A DNA stretch of 64,000 nt from NCBI GenBank assembly GCA_036506275.1, contig DASXSB010000031.1:642-64641 (forward strand). Reading direction: 5' to 3'. A model generated the notes under the pieces. It was not told where the DNA came from. It saw only the letters and a list, made by a program, of their open reading frames with translations, and did not search any database. Positions 10,241-19,663 of the stretch are shown piece after piece (within the stretch, counting starts at the first letter, position 1; every line of letters starts with the position of its first letter). Both the position numbers and the translations under genes were made by a program. This DNA comes from Candidatus Methylomirabilota bacterium (GTDB taxonomy: Bacteria > Methylomirabilota > Methylomirabilia > Rokubacteriales > CSP1-6).

Positions 10241-11635
10241 TCATTCGGATTCCGATCGGGCCAGCCGCGCGACGAGCCCGTCGACCACGCGCTCCATCCG
10301 CATCCCGCGCGACCCTTTCACGAGCACCACGTCGCCCGGAACCACGCGCTTGAGCAGCAGCGCGAGGGTGTCTTCGAATGTTCGCGTCGCATGCGCCTCG
10401 GCGAGTCCGCCGGCGCGCGCGGCCTCCACGGCATGCGCGGCGAGCGGCCCCAGCCCCACCAGCTCGGCCGCGCCCGCGGTCACCACCGCCGTTCCCACCT
10501 CGCGATGGGCGGCGAGGGCGCCGTCACCAAGCTCGAGCATGTCCCCGAGCACCACCACGAGCCGGCCGCGGCGGGGCCGCGCCGCCGCGGTGTCGATGGC
10601 GGCGCGCACGGAGACGGGGCTCGCGTTGTAGGTGTCGTCCAGGATGTCGACGCCGCCCGCCGCCCGCCATACGCAGCGGCCCTTCACGGGCGCGGCGGCG
10701 CCGAGGCCACGGGCGATCTCTGGCAGCGGCAGCCCCACCGCGATGCCGGCGGTGGCGGCGGCGAGCGCGTTGACGACGTTGTGGCGCCCGGCGAGGGCGA
10801 GGGCGACGTCCGCGCGCGCGCCCGCGTGCTCGACGGTGAAGCGCACACCGGCGGCGTCCTCGGCGACGGCGCCCACCGGCCGCACGTCGGCGGTGGCGGC
10901 GGTGCCGTACGTCATCACGCGCGCCAGGGTGTCGCGAGCCATGCTCGCCACCCGCGGGTCGTCCGCGTTGAGCACGGCGGTGCCGCGCGCGGACAGCGCG
11001 CGCACGAGCGCCGCCTTTTCCTCCCGCACGTCGTCGAGGGAACCGAGGAATTCGGTGTGGACGGCGTTGACGACGGTCACGACGGCCACGGTGGGGCCGG
11101 CGACACCGGCCAGGTACGCGATCTCGCCCGGATGGTTGGTGCCGATCTCGACCACCACCGCGTCGTGCTGGGGCGTCAGCTTCAAGAGCGTGAGGGGCAG
11201 GCCCCACTGGTTGTTGTAGCTGGCGACGGATTTGAGCACGCGCCAGCGCACGCCGAGGGCGGAGGCGATCAACTCCTTCGTCGTCGTCTTGCCGTTCGAG
11301 CCCGTGACCGCGACCACCGGCACGCTGAAGCGGCGGCGATGGGCGGCGGCGAGGCGGCCGAGCGCGCGCGTGGTGTCGTCGACGAGGATGAGCGGCACGT
11401 TGGCGGGCGGATCGTCGGGCACGCTCTGCACGAGGAGGCAGGCGGCGCCGCGGGCGGCGGCGTCGGCGAGATACGCGTGACCGTCCGTGTGGTCGCCGCG
11501 GATGGCGAAGAACGCCTCGCCCACCCCGAGCGTTCGCGAATCGATCGAGACGCCGGTGACGGGGACGCCGAGGTCACCCGCCACCAGCGCGCCCTCGGTG
11601 GCGCGAAGGATCTCCTGCACGTTGAACCGCGGCAT
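10241..11635 (-). CDS. murF: UDP-MurNAc-tripeptide--D-Ala-D-Ala ligase MurF
   Basis: 464 aa with the Mur ligase P-loop VTGSNGKTTTKE. Confidence 0.93.
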   Translation of the reverse strand: MPRFNVQEILRATEGALVAGDLGVPVTGVSIDSRTLGVGEAFFAIRGDHTDGHAYLADAAARGAACLLVQSVPDDPPANVPLILVDDTTRALGRLAAAHRRRFSVPVVAVTGSNGKTTTKELIASALGVRWRVLKSVASYNNQWGLPLTLLKLTPQHDAVVVEIGTNHPGEIAYLAGVAGPTVAVVTVVNAVHTEFLGSLDDVREEKAALVRALSARGTAVLNADDPRVASMARDTLARVMTYGTAATADVRPVGAVAEDAAGVRFTVEHAGARADVALALAGRHNVVNALAAATAGIAVGLPLPEIARGLGAAAPVKGRCVWRAAGGVDILDDTYNASPVSVRAAIDTAAARPRRGRLVVVLGDMLELGDGALAAHREVGTAVVTAGAAELVGLGPLAAHAVEAARAGGLAEAHATRTFEDTLALLLKRVVPGDVVLVKGSRGMRMERVVDGLVARLARSESE

Positions 11636-11643
11636 GCGCGTGT

Positions 11644-13131
11644 CTATGCCGACCGCTCCTGGAGGAGGCGGCGAGCGACTTCGCGATCGTCGAAGGGGAA
11701 GATCTCGGAGCCGATGACCTGGTAGGTTTCGTGACCCTTGCCTGCGATCACGATCGTGTCGCTTGCATGAGCCCAGAGCAGCGCTTCGTGTATCGCAAGT
11801 TCTCTATCGGGCAATCTAGCACAGCGATTCTCGTCTGCACAGACCCGAAGTGCGCCCGCCGCCACTTCTTCGATGATCGCTTCCGGCGACTCCGAGCGTG
11901 GATTGTCCGACGTGATCCACATGTGGTCGGCCAGCCGCGCCGCGATCTCACCCATGAGCGGCCGCTTGCCCCGGTCGCGATCGCCGCCGCATCCGAAGAC
12001 GACGCCGAGGCGGCCACTCGTGAGTCGCCGCGCCGTCACCAGCACGCGCTCGAGCGCATCGGGCGTGTGGGCGTAGTCGACGATGACGAGGAACGGCTGG
12101 CCCGCGTGCACCTGCTCGAAGCGTCCCGGCACCGCCGTGACGCTGGCGAGCGCGCGGGCGATGGCGTCGGGGCCGATCTCGAGGGCGAGCCCGGCGCCGA
12201 TGGCGCCGAGCAGGTTCATCATGTTGTGCTCGCCGATCAGCGGCGAGGTGATCGTGAGCTCGCCGCGCGGCGTGTCGACCTTCATGCGGATGCCGTCCAG
12301 GGACGAGCGATGCTCGCGGGCGCGCACGGCGCCGCCCCCGAGGCCGAAGGTGATGACGGGGAGATCGAGACCCCGCACCATCTCGGCCCCCGCCGGGTCG
12401 TCGGCGTTGACCACCGCCGTGCGGCCACGCTTGGGCGAGGCGGCGAGCAGCTCGAAGAGTCGGCGCTTGGCGCGACGGTACTCGTCGAGAGTGCCGTGGA
12501 AGTCGAGGTGGTCCTGCGTGAGGTTGGTGAAGATGCCGACGTCGAACGCGACGCCGTCCACCCGCGAGAGCGCCAGCGCATGCGACGATACTTCCATCAC
12601 GACCCCACCCGCGCCTCCTGCCACCATCGCCGCCAGCATCGATTGCAGCTCGAGGGCGTCCGGTGTCGTCTGGCTGGCGGGCCGCCGCTCGTCGCCGACC
12701 ACGTACTGGATGGTGCCGATGATCCCCGTGCGCAGCCCGCGCGCGCGCAGGAGCGCGTCTATCAGATACGACGTGGTGGTCTTGCCGTTTGTTCCCGTGA
12801 TGCCGACCGCGACCAGGCGCTCCGAGGGTTGACCGAAGTAGCGGTCGGCGAGGCGGGCGAGAGCGAGCCGCGCCGACGGCACGAGAACCTGAGCCACGCT
12901 GAGGTCGGGAAGCGGCGCGCCCTCGGTCACGACGATGCCCGCCCCCCGACGAACCGCCTCCGGAACGAAGCGGCGGGCGTCCGCCTTGAAGCCCGGCACC
13001 GCCACGAAGCACTCGCCCCGGCCCACCCGTCGCGAGTCGTTCGCGATGCCGGTCACCGTCGCCGGCAGCCGTCCGATCACCCGCTTTTCCGGCAGCGCGT
13101 CGAGCAACGCGGTCACGGCCATCGGTGTCAT
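11644..13131 (-). CDS. murE: UDP-MurNAc-L-Ala-D-Glu--2,6-diaminopimelate ligase MurE
   Basis: 495 aa with the P-loop GITGTNGKTTTS and a MurE C-terminal domain. Confidence 0.93.
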   Translation of the reverse strand: MTPMAVTALLDALPEKRVIGRLPATVTGIANDSRRVGRGECFVAVPGFKADARRFVPEAVRRGAGIVVTEGAPLPDLSVAQVLVPSARLALARLADRYFGQPSERLVAVGITGTNGKTTTSYLIDALLRARGLRTGIIGTIQYVVGDERRPASQTTPDALELQSMLAAMVAGGAGGVVMEVSSHALALSRVDGVAFDVGIFTNLTQDHLDFHGTLDEYRRAKRRLFELLAASPKRGRTAVVNADDPAGAEMVRGLDLPVITFGLGGGAVRAREHRSSLDGIRMKVDTPRGELTITSPLIGEHNMMNLLGAIGAGLALEIGPDAIARALASVTAVPGRFEQVHAGQPFLVIVDYAHTPDALERVLVTARRLTSGRLGVVFGCGGDRDRGKRPLMGEIAARLADHMWITSDNPRSESPEAIIEEVAAGALRVCADENRCARLPDRELAIHEALLWAHASDTIVIAGKGHETYQVIGSEIFPFDDREVARRLLQERSA

Positions 13132-15173
13132 CGCCTCGCGGCGGCGAGACCGCCCTCGGCCGGCCGTGCCTTCGCCGGTTGAGGGCGACGTCCGAGCGTC
13201 AGCGTGATGGCAGCTCCCGGCTCGAGCCGCGTACCCGGCGCCGGGGACTGCCCGGTGACCACACCGCGTCCTTCCATCTCCACGTGCACGCCGACGGGAG
13301 CGAGCGCGGCCAGCGCCGCCCGCGCCGTGCGGCCGCGGACGTCCGGCATCGCCATCGCATCGAACGCGGACGCCTCGTCGGCGGCGGCCGCCACGACGTC
13401 GGCGGCATCCGCCAGAGGGACGGCGCGGGGCGCGTCCGCGCTCGCGACCGGCGTCTCGCTCGAAGGCGGCGCCACGATCTGCACGGGGGCGGCATCACGC
13501 GGCAGGATCTGGAGATAGCGGAGGACTTCGCGGCCGATGGCGGCGAAGATCGGCGCCGCCGCCTCGCTTCCCCACTTCTCGTTCTTCGGCTCGTCCAGCA
13601 TGACGAGCATGACCAGCCGTGGATCGTCGGCGGGGACGAAGCCCACGAAGGACAGAACACCCGGCGCCCGCGAGTATCGCCGCGTGTTCGGATCCAGCTT
13701 CTGTGCGGTGCCCGTCTTCCCCGCCACCTCGTAGCCGGTGATGGCCGCGTTGTGGCCGGTCCCGAGCTCCACGACCTGGCGCAGGATCCCCGTGAGCGTC
13801 TGCGCGGTCTGGGCGGAGATCACCTGGCGTACCGCCGTCGGCTCGGAGCGCCGTCGCTCGCGTCCGTCGACGTCGACGGTGGCGCGCACCACGCGCGGCT
13901 GCATCAGCGTGCCCCCGTTGGCGATGGCGCCGAAGGCGGCCACCATCTGGAGGGCGGTGACGGAGATCTCCTGGCCGATCGACATCGTGGGGAGCGAGAG
14001 TCCTGACCACCGCTCGGGGTCGCGGAGGAGACCACGGCTCTCTCCGGCGAGCCCGATGCCGGTGGGGGCGCCGAACCCGAACGCGGTCATGTAGCGGTGA
14101 TAGCGCTCGCTGCCGAGGGCGAGACCCACCTTGATGGAGCCGACGTTGGACGAATTCTGGAGCACCTCGGAAAACGTGAGCCACCCGTACTTCTTCCAGT
14201 CGCGAATGGTCGTGCGGGCGATGGTGACGGCGCCGTTTTCGCCGTAGATGAGGTCGTCGGGGCGGATCACGCCTTCCTCGAGGGCGGCGGCGGCGAGGAT
14301 CGCCTTGAACGTCGAGCCCGGCTCGAAGGGATCGGTGACGGCCCGGTTGCGCAGGTAATCCGGCGACGGCACGTCGCGGAAGGTATTCGGATTGAAGGTG
14401 GGGCGGATGGCGATGGCGAGGACGTCGCCCGTGCGCGGATCCATCGCCACCGCCATCGCGGCCTTTGCGCGCGTGCGGCGATAGGCGGCGTCGATCTCGC
14501 GCTCGGCGAGGTACTGAATGGTGGTGTCGATGGTGAGCACGACGCCGCGGCCCGGGGACGGATCTTGAAGGATGCGCGGCGTCACCATCTCGCGCCCGAG
14601 AGCGTCGCGCCCGACGATCATCTTCCCCGGCGTCCCCGCCAGCTCGCTCTCGAACGACCGCTCGACGCCCTCCAGCCCACCGCCGTCCACGCCCTCGAAG
14701 CCGACGACGTGAGCGGCGAGCTCGCGGTTCGGATACAGGCGCAGGGGCTCCGGCACGAGGCCGAGGCCGGGCTCGCGAAGCGCGCGCACTTGCTCCGCCA
14801 CCGCGGGCGGGAGGCGCCGTCGCAGCCACACGAACGGGCGCGAGGCAGTGAGCCCGGCGTGGAGCTCGGCCTCGGGAACACCGAGGATCGGCGCCAGGCG
14901 CGCCGCCACCCGCACCGGATCACCGACGCCGCGCGGCTGCGCGAAGAGCGACTCGCCCGGGCTCGACGTGGCGAGGGGCGTGCCGTGCCGGTCCAGGATC
15001 GCACCGCGCTGCGCCGGCAACAGCACCGTGCGCGAGTACTGGCGCTCGGCCATGTCACTGAGGGCCTGGTGACGGACGACCTGGAGCCACGCCAGCCGCG
15101 CGGTGACGCCGGTGAAGGCGAGCGCCAGCACGGTGGCGAGGATCAGGACCCGCGTGTGCAACAGTGGCGTCAT
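13128..15173 (-). CDS. ftsI: division transpeptidase FtsI (class B PBP) with a C-terminal PASTA domain
   Basis: 681 aa with an N-terminal TM, a PBP dimerisation domain, and transpeptidase motifs STFK, SSN and KTGT. The C-terminal about 70 aa (DVRGRTARAALAALAPVGVHVEMEGRGVVTGQSPAPGTRLEPGAAITLTLG) match a PASTA domain. Confidence 0.92.
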   Translation of the reverse strand: MTPLLHTRVLILATVLALAFTGVTARLAWLQVVRHQALSDMAERQYSRTVLLPAQRGAILDRHGTPLATSSPGESLFAQPRGVGDPVRVAARLAPILGVPEAELHAGLTASRPFVWLRRRLPPAVAEQVRALREPGLGLVPEPLRLYPNRELAAHVVGFEGVDGGGLEGVERSFESELAGTPGKMIVGRDALGREMVTPRILQDPSPGRGVVLTIDTTIQYLAEREIDAAYRRTRAKAAMAVAMDPRTGDVLAIAIRPTFNPNTFRDVPSPDYLRNRAVTDPFEPGSTFKAILAAAALEEGVIRPDDLIYGENGAVTIARTTIRDWKKYGWLTFSEVLQNSSNVGSIKVGLALGSERYHRYMTAFGFGAPTGIGLAGESRGLLRDPERWSGLSLPTMSIGQEISVTALQMVAAFGAIANGGTLMQPRVVRATVDVDGRERRRSEPTAVRQVISAQTAQTLTGILRQVVELGTGHNAAITGYEVAGKTGTAQKLDPNTRRYSRAPGVLSFVGFVPADDPRLVMLVMLDEPKNEKWGSEAAAPIFAAIGREVLRYLQILPRDAAPVQIVAPPSSETPVASADAPRAVPLADAADVVAAAADEASAFDAMAMPDVRGRTARAALAALAPVGVHVEMEGRGVVTGQSPAPGTRLEPGAAITLTLGRRPQPAKARPAEGGLAAARR

Positions 15174-15538
15174 CGCACCTGCGCTTCGATGCGGGCGGCG
15201 CGAGCGGCGGCCATGCCGGTGGCGCCCGCCAGGAACTCACGAGCACGCGCGACCTGCGAGGTCGACGGCGGCGCCATGCCGAGTTGCCGCGCCTGGGCTT
15301 CCACGCGGCGCGGCGACTTCAGCGTGGCCATCTCGACCTCGAGCTGACGGATGAGGGTCTCCGTGCGCGTGCGCTCCATGCGGAGCGCATCGAGCTGATA
15401 CGCGAGGTGGACCTGCTGGACGCGCTCGGCGACCACGGCCACCGCGATGCCGACGAAGAGGGCGGCGCAAGCGAGCGCGGCGACGACGGAGCGGCGCACG
15501 CGCGGATCTTGCTCTCGATGGGGACGCTGTTCTTTCAA
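15170..15538 (-). CDS. ftsL: cell division protein FtsL-like (single-TM, coiled-coil)
   Basis: 122 aa with one TM helix followed by a coiled-coil region, in the canonical position between rsmH and ftsI. Both junctions overlap the neighbouring genes. Confidence 0.75.
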   Translation of the reverse strand: MKEQRPHREQDPRVRRSVVAALACAALFVGIAVAVVAERVQQVHLAYQLDALRMERTRTETLIRQLEVEMATLKSPRRVEAQARQLGMAPPSTSQVARAREFLAGATGMAAARAARIEAQVR

Positions 15539-16407
15539 GTGAGGCGCTCCAGCACGCGGAGCTTCGCGCTCCTGGCGCGGGGGTTGGCCCGCACCTCGTC
15601 ATCCCTGGGCGTCAGGGGCGACGGCTCGAGCTCGGCGAATCCCGCCGATCCCAGAGCCCGGAACGTCCGCTTCACGATGCGATCTTCGCCCGAGTGAAAG
15701 GAGATGACACCCACGCGGCCGCCCACGTGCAGCAGCTCGGCCGCCTGGGGAAGCGCTTGGCGGAGCGCCTCCGGTTCGTCGTTCACGGCCATGCGTACGG
15801 CCTGAAAGGTCCGGGTGGCGACGTGAATCCGCCGCGACCACGCCGCGCGCGGCACGGCGCTGCGCACGGCCGCCACGAGATCGGCGGTCGTGCTGAGGGG
15901 ACGCCGCCGGGTGATCGCGCGCGCGATGCGGCGCGCGTGCGGCTCGTCGCCGTACTCGTGGAGGATGCGCGCCAGCTCCGACTCCGGAAGCCGGTTCAGC
16001 AGCTCGGCCGCCGTCGGCGCGGCCTCGGGATCGAGTCGCATGTCGAGCGGCTGTTCGCCTTCGAAGGAGAAGCCGCGCGCGGAGGCCTCGAGCTGGTAGG
16101 AGGAGAGACCGAGATCGAGCAGGACGGCGCGCGCGCGGGCGACGCCGGCGGCGCGGGCGGTGGCGGTGAGGGTGCGGAAGTTGGCGCGGCGGAGGGCGAC
16201 ACGATCACCGAAGGGCGCAAGGTTGGCGGCGGCGCGAGCGAGCGCGTCCGGATCCACGTCGAGGCCGAGCAGCTTGACCTCGGCGCCGGTCCCGGCGAGA
16301 AGCGCTGCCGCGTGTCCGCCCATGCCCACCGTCCCGTCGATCACCCACCCCTCACCGCGCGGCCGCAGGAGAAACGCGACCTCGTCGGCGAGGACGGGTA
16401 CGTGAAC
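15535..16407 (-). CDS. rsmH: 16S rRNA (cytosine1402-N4)-methyltransferase RsmH (MraW)
   Basis: Homology starts at VHVPVLADEV... with SAM-binding motifs (DGTVGMGGHA and FHSGEDRIV). The track ORF extends to 16731 into mraZ. The real start is probably just downstream of the mraZ stop and its exact codon is uncertain. Confidence 0.85.
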   Translation of the reverse strand, partial: VHVPVLADEVAFLLRPRGEGWVIDGTVGMGGHAAALLAGTGAEVKLLGLDVDPDALARAAANLAPFGDRVALRRANFRTLTATARAAGVARARAVLLDLGLSSYQLEASARGFSFEGEQPLDMRLDPEAAPTAAELLNRLPESELARILHEYGDEPHARRIARAITRRRPLSTTADLVAAVRSAVPRAAWSRRIHVATRTFQAVRMAVNDEPEALRQALPQAAELLHVGGRVGVISFHSGEDRIVKRTFRALGSAGFAELEPSPLTPRDDEVRANPRARSAKLRVLERLT

Positions 16408-16409
16408 CG

Positions 16410-16850
16410 CTAGACTCCCAGACTCGACAGCTTGTCGAAGAGCGAAGGCAGCCGGTCCTGCCGCGTCCGCTCGTACTCCTCGAACCGGTTGCGATCCCAC
16501 ACCTCGAACTGCGGGAGGCCGCCCCCCACCAGCGTCACTTCCTTCTCGAGCCCCGCCTGCTGCCGGGAGTCCGGCGGCAAGAGGACCCGGCCCGCGGCGT
16601 CGAGTTCGACGTCCCGCGCGCGGGATACATACAGTCGGCTGATCTCGCGGACCTCGGGGTTGAACATGGACTGCTCGCGGAGCTTCCCCTCGATCCGCTG
16701 CCACTCCTCCAGGGGGTGAATCTCCAGGCAATGGTCGTTGGGAACCACCACCAGCGCCCCGTCGTACTGCGCCAGCACATCCCGGAACCGGGCCGGGACG
16801 CTGAGGCGCCCTTTGGGGTCAATGGTGTGATTGAACCGTCCTCTAAACAT
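16410..16850 (-). CDS. mraZ: transcriptional regulator MraZ
   Basis: Two tandem MraZ repeats. The canonical N-terminus MFRGRFNHTIDPKGRLSVP begins at the ATG at 16850. The track start at 16877 is an upstream GTG that would overlap the operator. Confidence 0.9.
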   Translation of the reverse strand: MFRGRFNHTIDPKGRLSVPARFRDVLAQYDGALVVVPNDHCLEIHPLEEWQRIEGKLREQSMFNPEVREISRLYVSRARDVELDAAGRVLLPPDSRQQAGLEKEVTLVGGGLPQFEVWDRNRFEEYERTRQDRLPSLFDKLSSLGV

Positions 16851-16873
16851 TGCCCTCGCCGGGGGCTGGTGTG

Positions 16874-16899
16874 CCACTTCATCCCACTTTGCCCCACTT
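16874..16899 (-). promoter_or_regulatory. putative MraZ operator: three direct repeats AAGTGG(G) with 10-bp periodicity
   Basis: The minus strand reads AAGTGGGGCAAAGTGGGATGAAGTGGC, about 25-50 nt upstream of the mraZ ATG. The plus strand shows CCACTT at 16874, 16884 and 16894. It matches the TGGGN-type repeat architecture of known MraZ boxes. Confidence 0.6.
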
Positions 16900-16907
16900 G
16901 GTCCGCG

Positions 16908-16936
16908 AGATTACTGTTGCCAGAAAGTCCTGTCAA
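16908..16936 (-). promoter_or_regulatory. sigma70-type promoter of the dcw cluster (TTGACA, 17-nt spacer, TAATCT) with an upstream A/T tract
   Basis: The minus strand reads TTGACAggactttctggcaacagTAATCT immediately upstream of the MraZ boxes. An A/T-rich UP-like element (ccctaaaaaatatcgctttttcgc) precedes the -35. This is the only AT-rich spot in a long GC-rich region. Confidence 0.55.
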
Positions 16937-16989
16937 GCGAAAAAGCGATATTTTTTAGGGAACTTCGCGGCAGAGGGCGACCGACGACC

Positions 16990-17018
16990 GGTGGGGCGGG
17001 TAGCGGCCCCGCCCCACC
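16990..17018 (-). terminator. GC-rich hairpin downstream of the M48 peptidase gene (11-bp perfect stem, 7-nt loop)
   Basis: ggtggggcggg tagcggc cccgccccacc lies about 20 nt after the peptidase stop at 17039. There is no clear U-tract, but an A/T stretch follows about 30 nt later. Confidence 0.4.
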
Positions 17019-17038
17019 GCGTATGGGGGACGACCGGG

Positions 17039-17830
17039 TTACTTGGGCTGGTAGTACTTGAGGGCTTCGGGAATCCAGCCCTCGATCTGCTTGATCCGGG
17101 TCTCGGGCACGGGGTGCGTCGAGAGGAACTCCGGCTGGCGGGACCCGCCCGCCGCCGCCATCCGCACCCAGAGATCGCGGGCAGCCGACGGGTGGTATCC
17201 CGCCTTCGCCATGTACACCAGCCCCAGGTGGTCGGCTTCGGACTCCTGGGCCCGGTTGTAGGGCAGCAGCACGCCGACGCTCGCCCCCGCCCCGAGCAGC
17301 GCGGTCACCGCCGTCACGGTCGCCGGATCACGCTGCGCGAGCGCGACCTGCGTCGCCTGCAACCCCGTCTGAACCAGGAGTTCCTGGCTCATTCGCTCGC
17401 CGCCGTGGCGCGCGATCGCGTGCGCTGCCTCATGGCCGAGCACGGCCGCAAGCCCAGCATCGTCCCGTGTGATCGGGAGAATGCCCGTGTAGACCGCGAC
17501 CTTCCCGCCCGGCAGGCAAAACGCGTTCGCTTGCTTGTCCTCGAGGACCTTGAACTCCCACTGATAGTCCGTGCGTTCGGTGGCGGCCGCGATGCGACGC
17601 CCCACACGCGTCACCTGCTGATTGATGGCAGGATCGTTGGAGACGCGGCTCTTCTTGAGCACTTCCTGGTAGGCGTCGAGGCCCATCTTCATCTCGTCGC
17701 CCTCTTGAACCAGCATGACCTGGTGGCGGCCGGTGATGGGCACCGTCTGGCAAGCGACGGCGACCAGCAGGACGGCGACAAGCCCGAGGCGCGAGGAGCG
17801 TGGCATGCGCACATTGTATGTCACGTTCAA
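17039..17830 (-). CDS. M48-family zinc metallopeptidase (HtpX/BepA-like), lipoprotein-type signal
   Basis: 263 aa with an N-terminal signal and lipobox-like LLVAVAC, an HEAAH zinc motif (GHEAAHAIARH) and a downstream Glu. Confidence 0.8.
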   Translation of the reverse strand: MNVTYNVRMPRSSRLGLVAVLLVAVACQTVPITGRHQVMLVQEGDEMKMGLDAYQEVLKKSRVSNDPAINQQVTRVGRRIAAATERTDYQWEFKVLEDKQANAFCLPGGKVAVYTGILPITRDDAGLAAVLGHEAAHAIARHGGERMSQELLVQTGLQATQVALAQRDPATVTAVTALLGAGASVGVLLPYNRAQESEADHLGLVYMAKAGYHPSAARDLWVRMAAAGGSRQPEFLSTHPVPETRIKQIEGWIPEALKYYQPK

Positions 17831-18357
17831 CGATTGCGGATGCGGGCGGCGGTGGTGAACGTGACCGCGCCCGCCGGCACGAACCGCGACGCCGGTGGCT
17901 GCGTCACGAGCGTCACGACGACGGTGCGCACGTCGGCGGAGACCGCGGTGGGCGCGTCGGCGGCGTCGAGATACTCGAGCACGAACGCACGCACGCCGTC
18001 GATGATCGGCTGCGCGCCACCGCCGGCGTCACGGCGCAGGGTCGCGCCCGTCAGCCGCCACGTGATCGTCTCCCCCGCGCCCGCGATGACACCGTCGCCG
18101 TTGAAGTCCGATTGCACGACCAGACGCGTGGAGTCGGCGATCAGGACGGCGTCGAACTCGCTCGTCGGCCCGTAGCCCGCGTGACGGACGTCACGCGCCA
18201 GCCGCTCCAACGCAACGCGGCCGTTCTGCTGGCTCTCGGCGCGGCCGGCGCCGATCGCGTACGCGCGCTGCGCGGCGTCGAGCGTGGTGAACGTGGCCGC
18301 CATGAGCGCGCCCACCATCGCGAGCGCGACGAGCAGCTCGGCCAGGTGCACGGCCAC
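17827..18357 (-). CDS. hypothetical membrane-anchored protein (N-terminal hydrophobic helix), operonic with the M48 peptidase
   Basis: 176 aa with a GTG start and an N-terminal AELLVALAMVGALMAATF helix. It overlaps the peptidase start by 4 nt. It is not a canonical prepilin (no G|FTLxE). Confidence 0.45.
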   Translation of the reverse strand: MAVHLAELLVALAMVGALMAATFTTLDAAQRAYAIGAGRAESQQNGRVALERLARDVRHAGYGPTSEFDAVLIADSTRLVVQSDFNGDGVIAGAGETITWRLTGATLRRDAGGGAQPIIDGVRAFVLEYLDAADAPTAVSADVRTVVVTLVTQPPASRFVPAGAVTFTTAARIRNR

Positions 18358-18500
18358 AGCGTCACCGGACGTCTCGGAGGCGTCAATGTCCCCGATCGTG
18401 ATGTGGCCGGCCCGTGACTGTCGCCAATCGTGCTGATCCGCGGCGTGGACAGCCGGCGCATGGCAGGATGGAGGCGACGGCGGAGCGCACGGAGGGCACG

Positions 18501-19613
18501 ATGGTCATCGGGGTTCCACGCGAGATCAAGCCGGGCGAACAGCGAGTGGCGTTGACTCCCGCGGGCGGCCGCGCCCTCACCGAGCGCGGTCATCGCGTGC
18601 TCGTCGAGCGCGGGGCCGGCGACGGCAGCGGAATTCGCGACGACGACTACACGGCGGTGGGCGCGAGCCTGGTGGACGCGGCGACGGCGTGGTGCGACGC
18701 CGACCTCGTGCTCAAGGTGAAGGAGCCGATCCCCGCCGAGTACGCGCGTCTGCGGCGCGGGCAGACGCTGTTCACGTATCTCCATCTCGCGCCCGCTCCC
18801 GAGCTCACGCGCGCGCTCGTGGGCGCCGGCACGCGCGCCGTCGCGTACGAGACCGTCCAGCGCGCCGATGGCAGCTTGCCGTTGCTCACGCCCATGAGCG
18901 AGGTCGCCGGACGGCTCGCCGTCCAGGAGGGCGCCTTCTATCTCGGCAAGGCGCACGGCGGGCGCGGAATCTTGCTGTCCGGCGTGCCGGGCGTGCCGCG
19001 CGGCAACGTCGTCATCATCGGCGCCGGCACCGTGGGCGTGAACGCCGCGCGCGTCGCCGTCGGCCTCGGCGCCGACGTGCTGATCCTCGACGTCAACGTC
19101 GATCGCCTCCGACAGGTCGACGATCTCTTCGGCGGCCGCGTGGTGACCCTCGTGTCGAACAGCTTCAACGTCGCGCGCGTGGTGGAGCGCGCCGATCTGC
19201 TGGTGGGGGCCGTCCTCGTGGCGGGGGCGCGCGCGCCCCGCATCGTCACCGCGGAGATGGTGGCGCGCATGAAGGAGGGCGCCGTGATCGTCGACGTCGC
19301 GGTCGACCAGGGCGGCTGCATCGAGACGATTCACCCGACCACGCTCCTCGAGCCCGTGTATCGCGTGACCGGCGTCGTCCACTACGGCGTCGCCAACATG
19401 CCGGCCCTCGTTCCCCGCACGTCGACGTTCGCGCTCACCAACGCGACCCTGCCCTACGCGCTCGCTCTCGCTGACCACGGCGTCGAGCGCGCCGTGCAGG
19501 ACGATCCCTCCCTCGCCCACGGCGTCAACGTGTGGGAGGGGCGAATCGTCCACCCCGCCGTCGCCGAGTCCCTGGGAGAGAAGGCAAGCGCGCTGGAGAG
19601 CCTGCTCGCCTAG
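18501..19613 (+). CDS. ald: alanine dehydrogenase
   Basis: Homology starts at [20 protein letters not shown]. It contains the NAD-binding [14 protein letters not shown] segment and a full-length AlaDH/PNT architecture. The track start at 18414 is upstream of the conserved N-terminus. Confidence 0.92.
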   Translation: MVIGVPREIKPGEQRVALTPAGGRALTERGHRVLVERGAGDGSGIRDDDYTAVGASLVDAATAWCDADLVLKVKEPIPAEYARLRRGQTLFTYLHLAPAPELTRALVGAGTRAVAYETVQRADGSLPLLTPMSEVAGRLAVQEGAFYLGKAHGGRGILLSGVPGVPRGNVVIIGAGTVGVNAARVAVGLGADVLILDVNVDRLRQVDDLFGGRVVTLVSNSFNVARVVERADLLVGAVLVAGARAPRIVTAEMVARMKEGAVIVDVAVDQGGCIETIHPTTLLEPVYRVTGVVHYGVANMPALVPRTSTFALTNATLPYALALADHGVERAVQDDPSLAHGVNVWEGRIVHPAVAESLGEKASALESLLA

Positions 19614-19663
19614 AAGCTGCACCGGATAACGGTGGCCGCGGCCGGTGCGCCGGCGCCCGAGAG

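Noticed and set aside
17827-18357. Type IV pilin/pseudopilin call for the 176-aa protein.
   Set aside because: The N-terminal helix resembles pilins, but there is no G|F(T/M)LxE cleavage/methylation motif, so it is kept as a hypothetical membrane-anchored protein.
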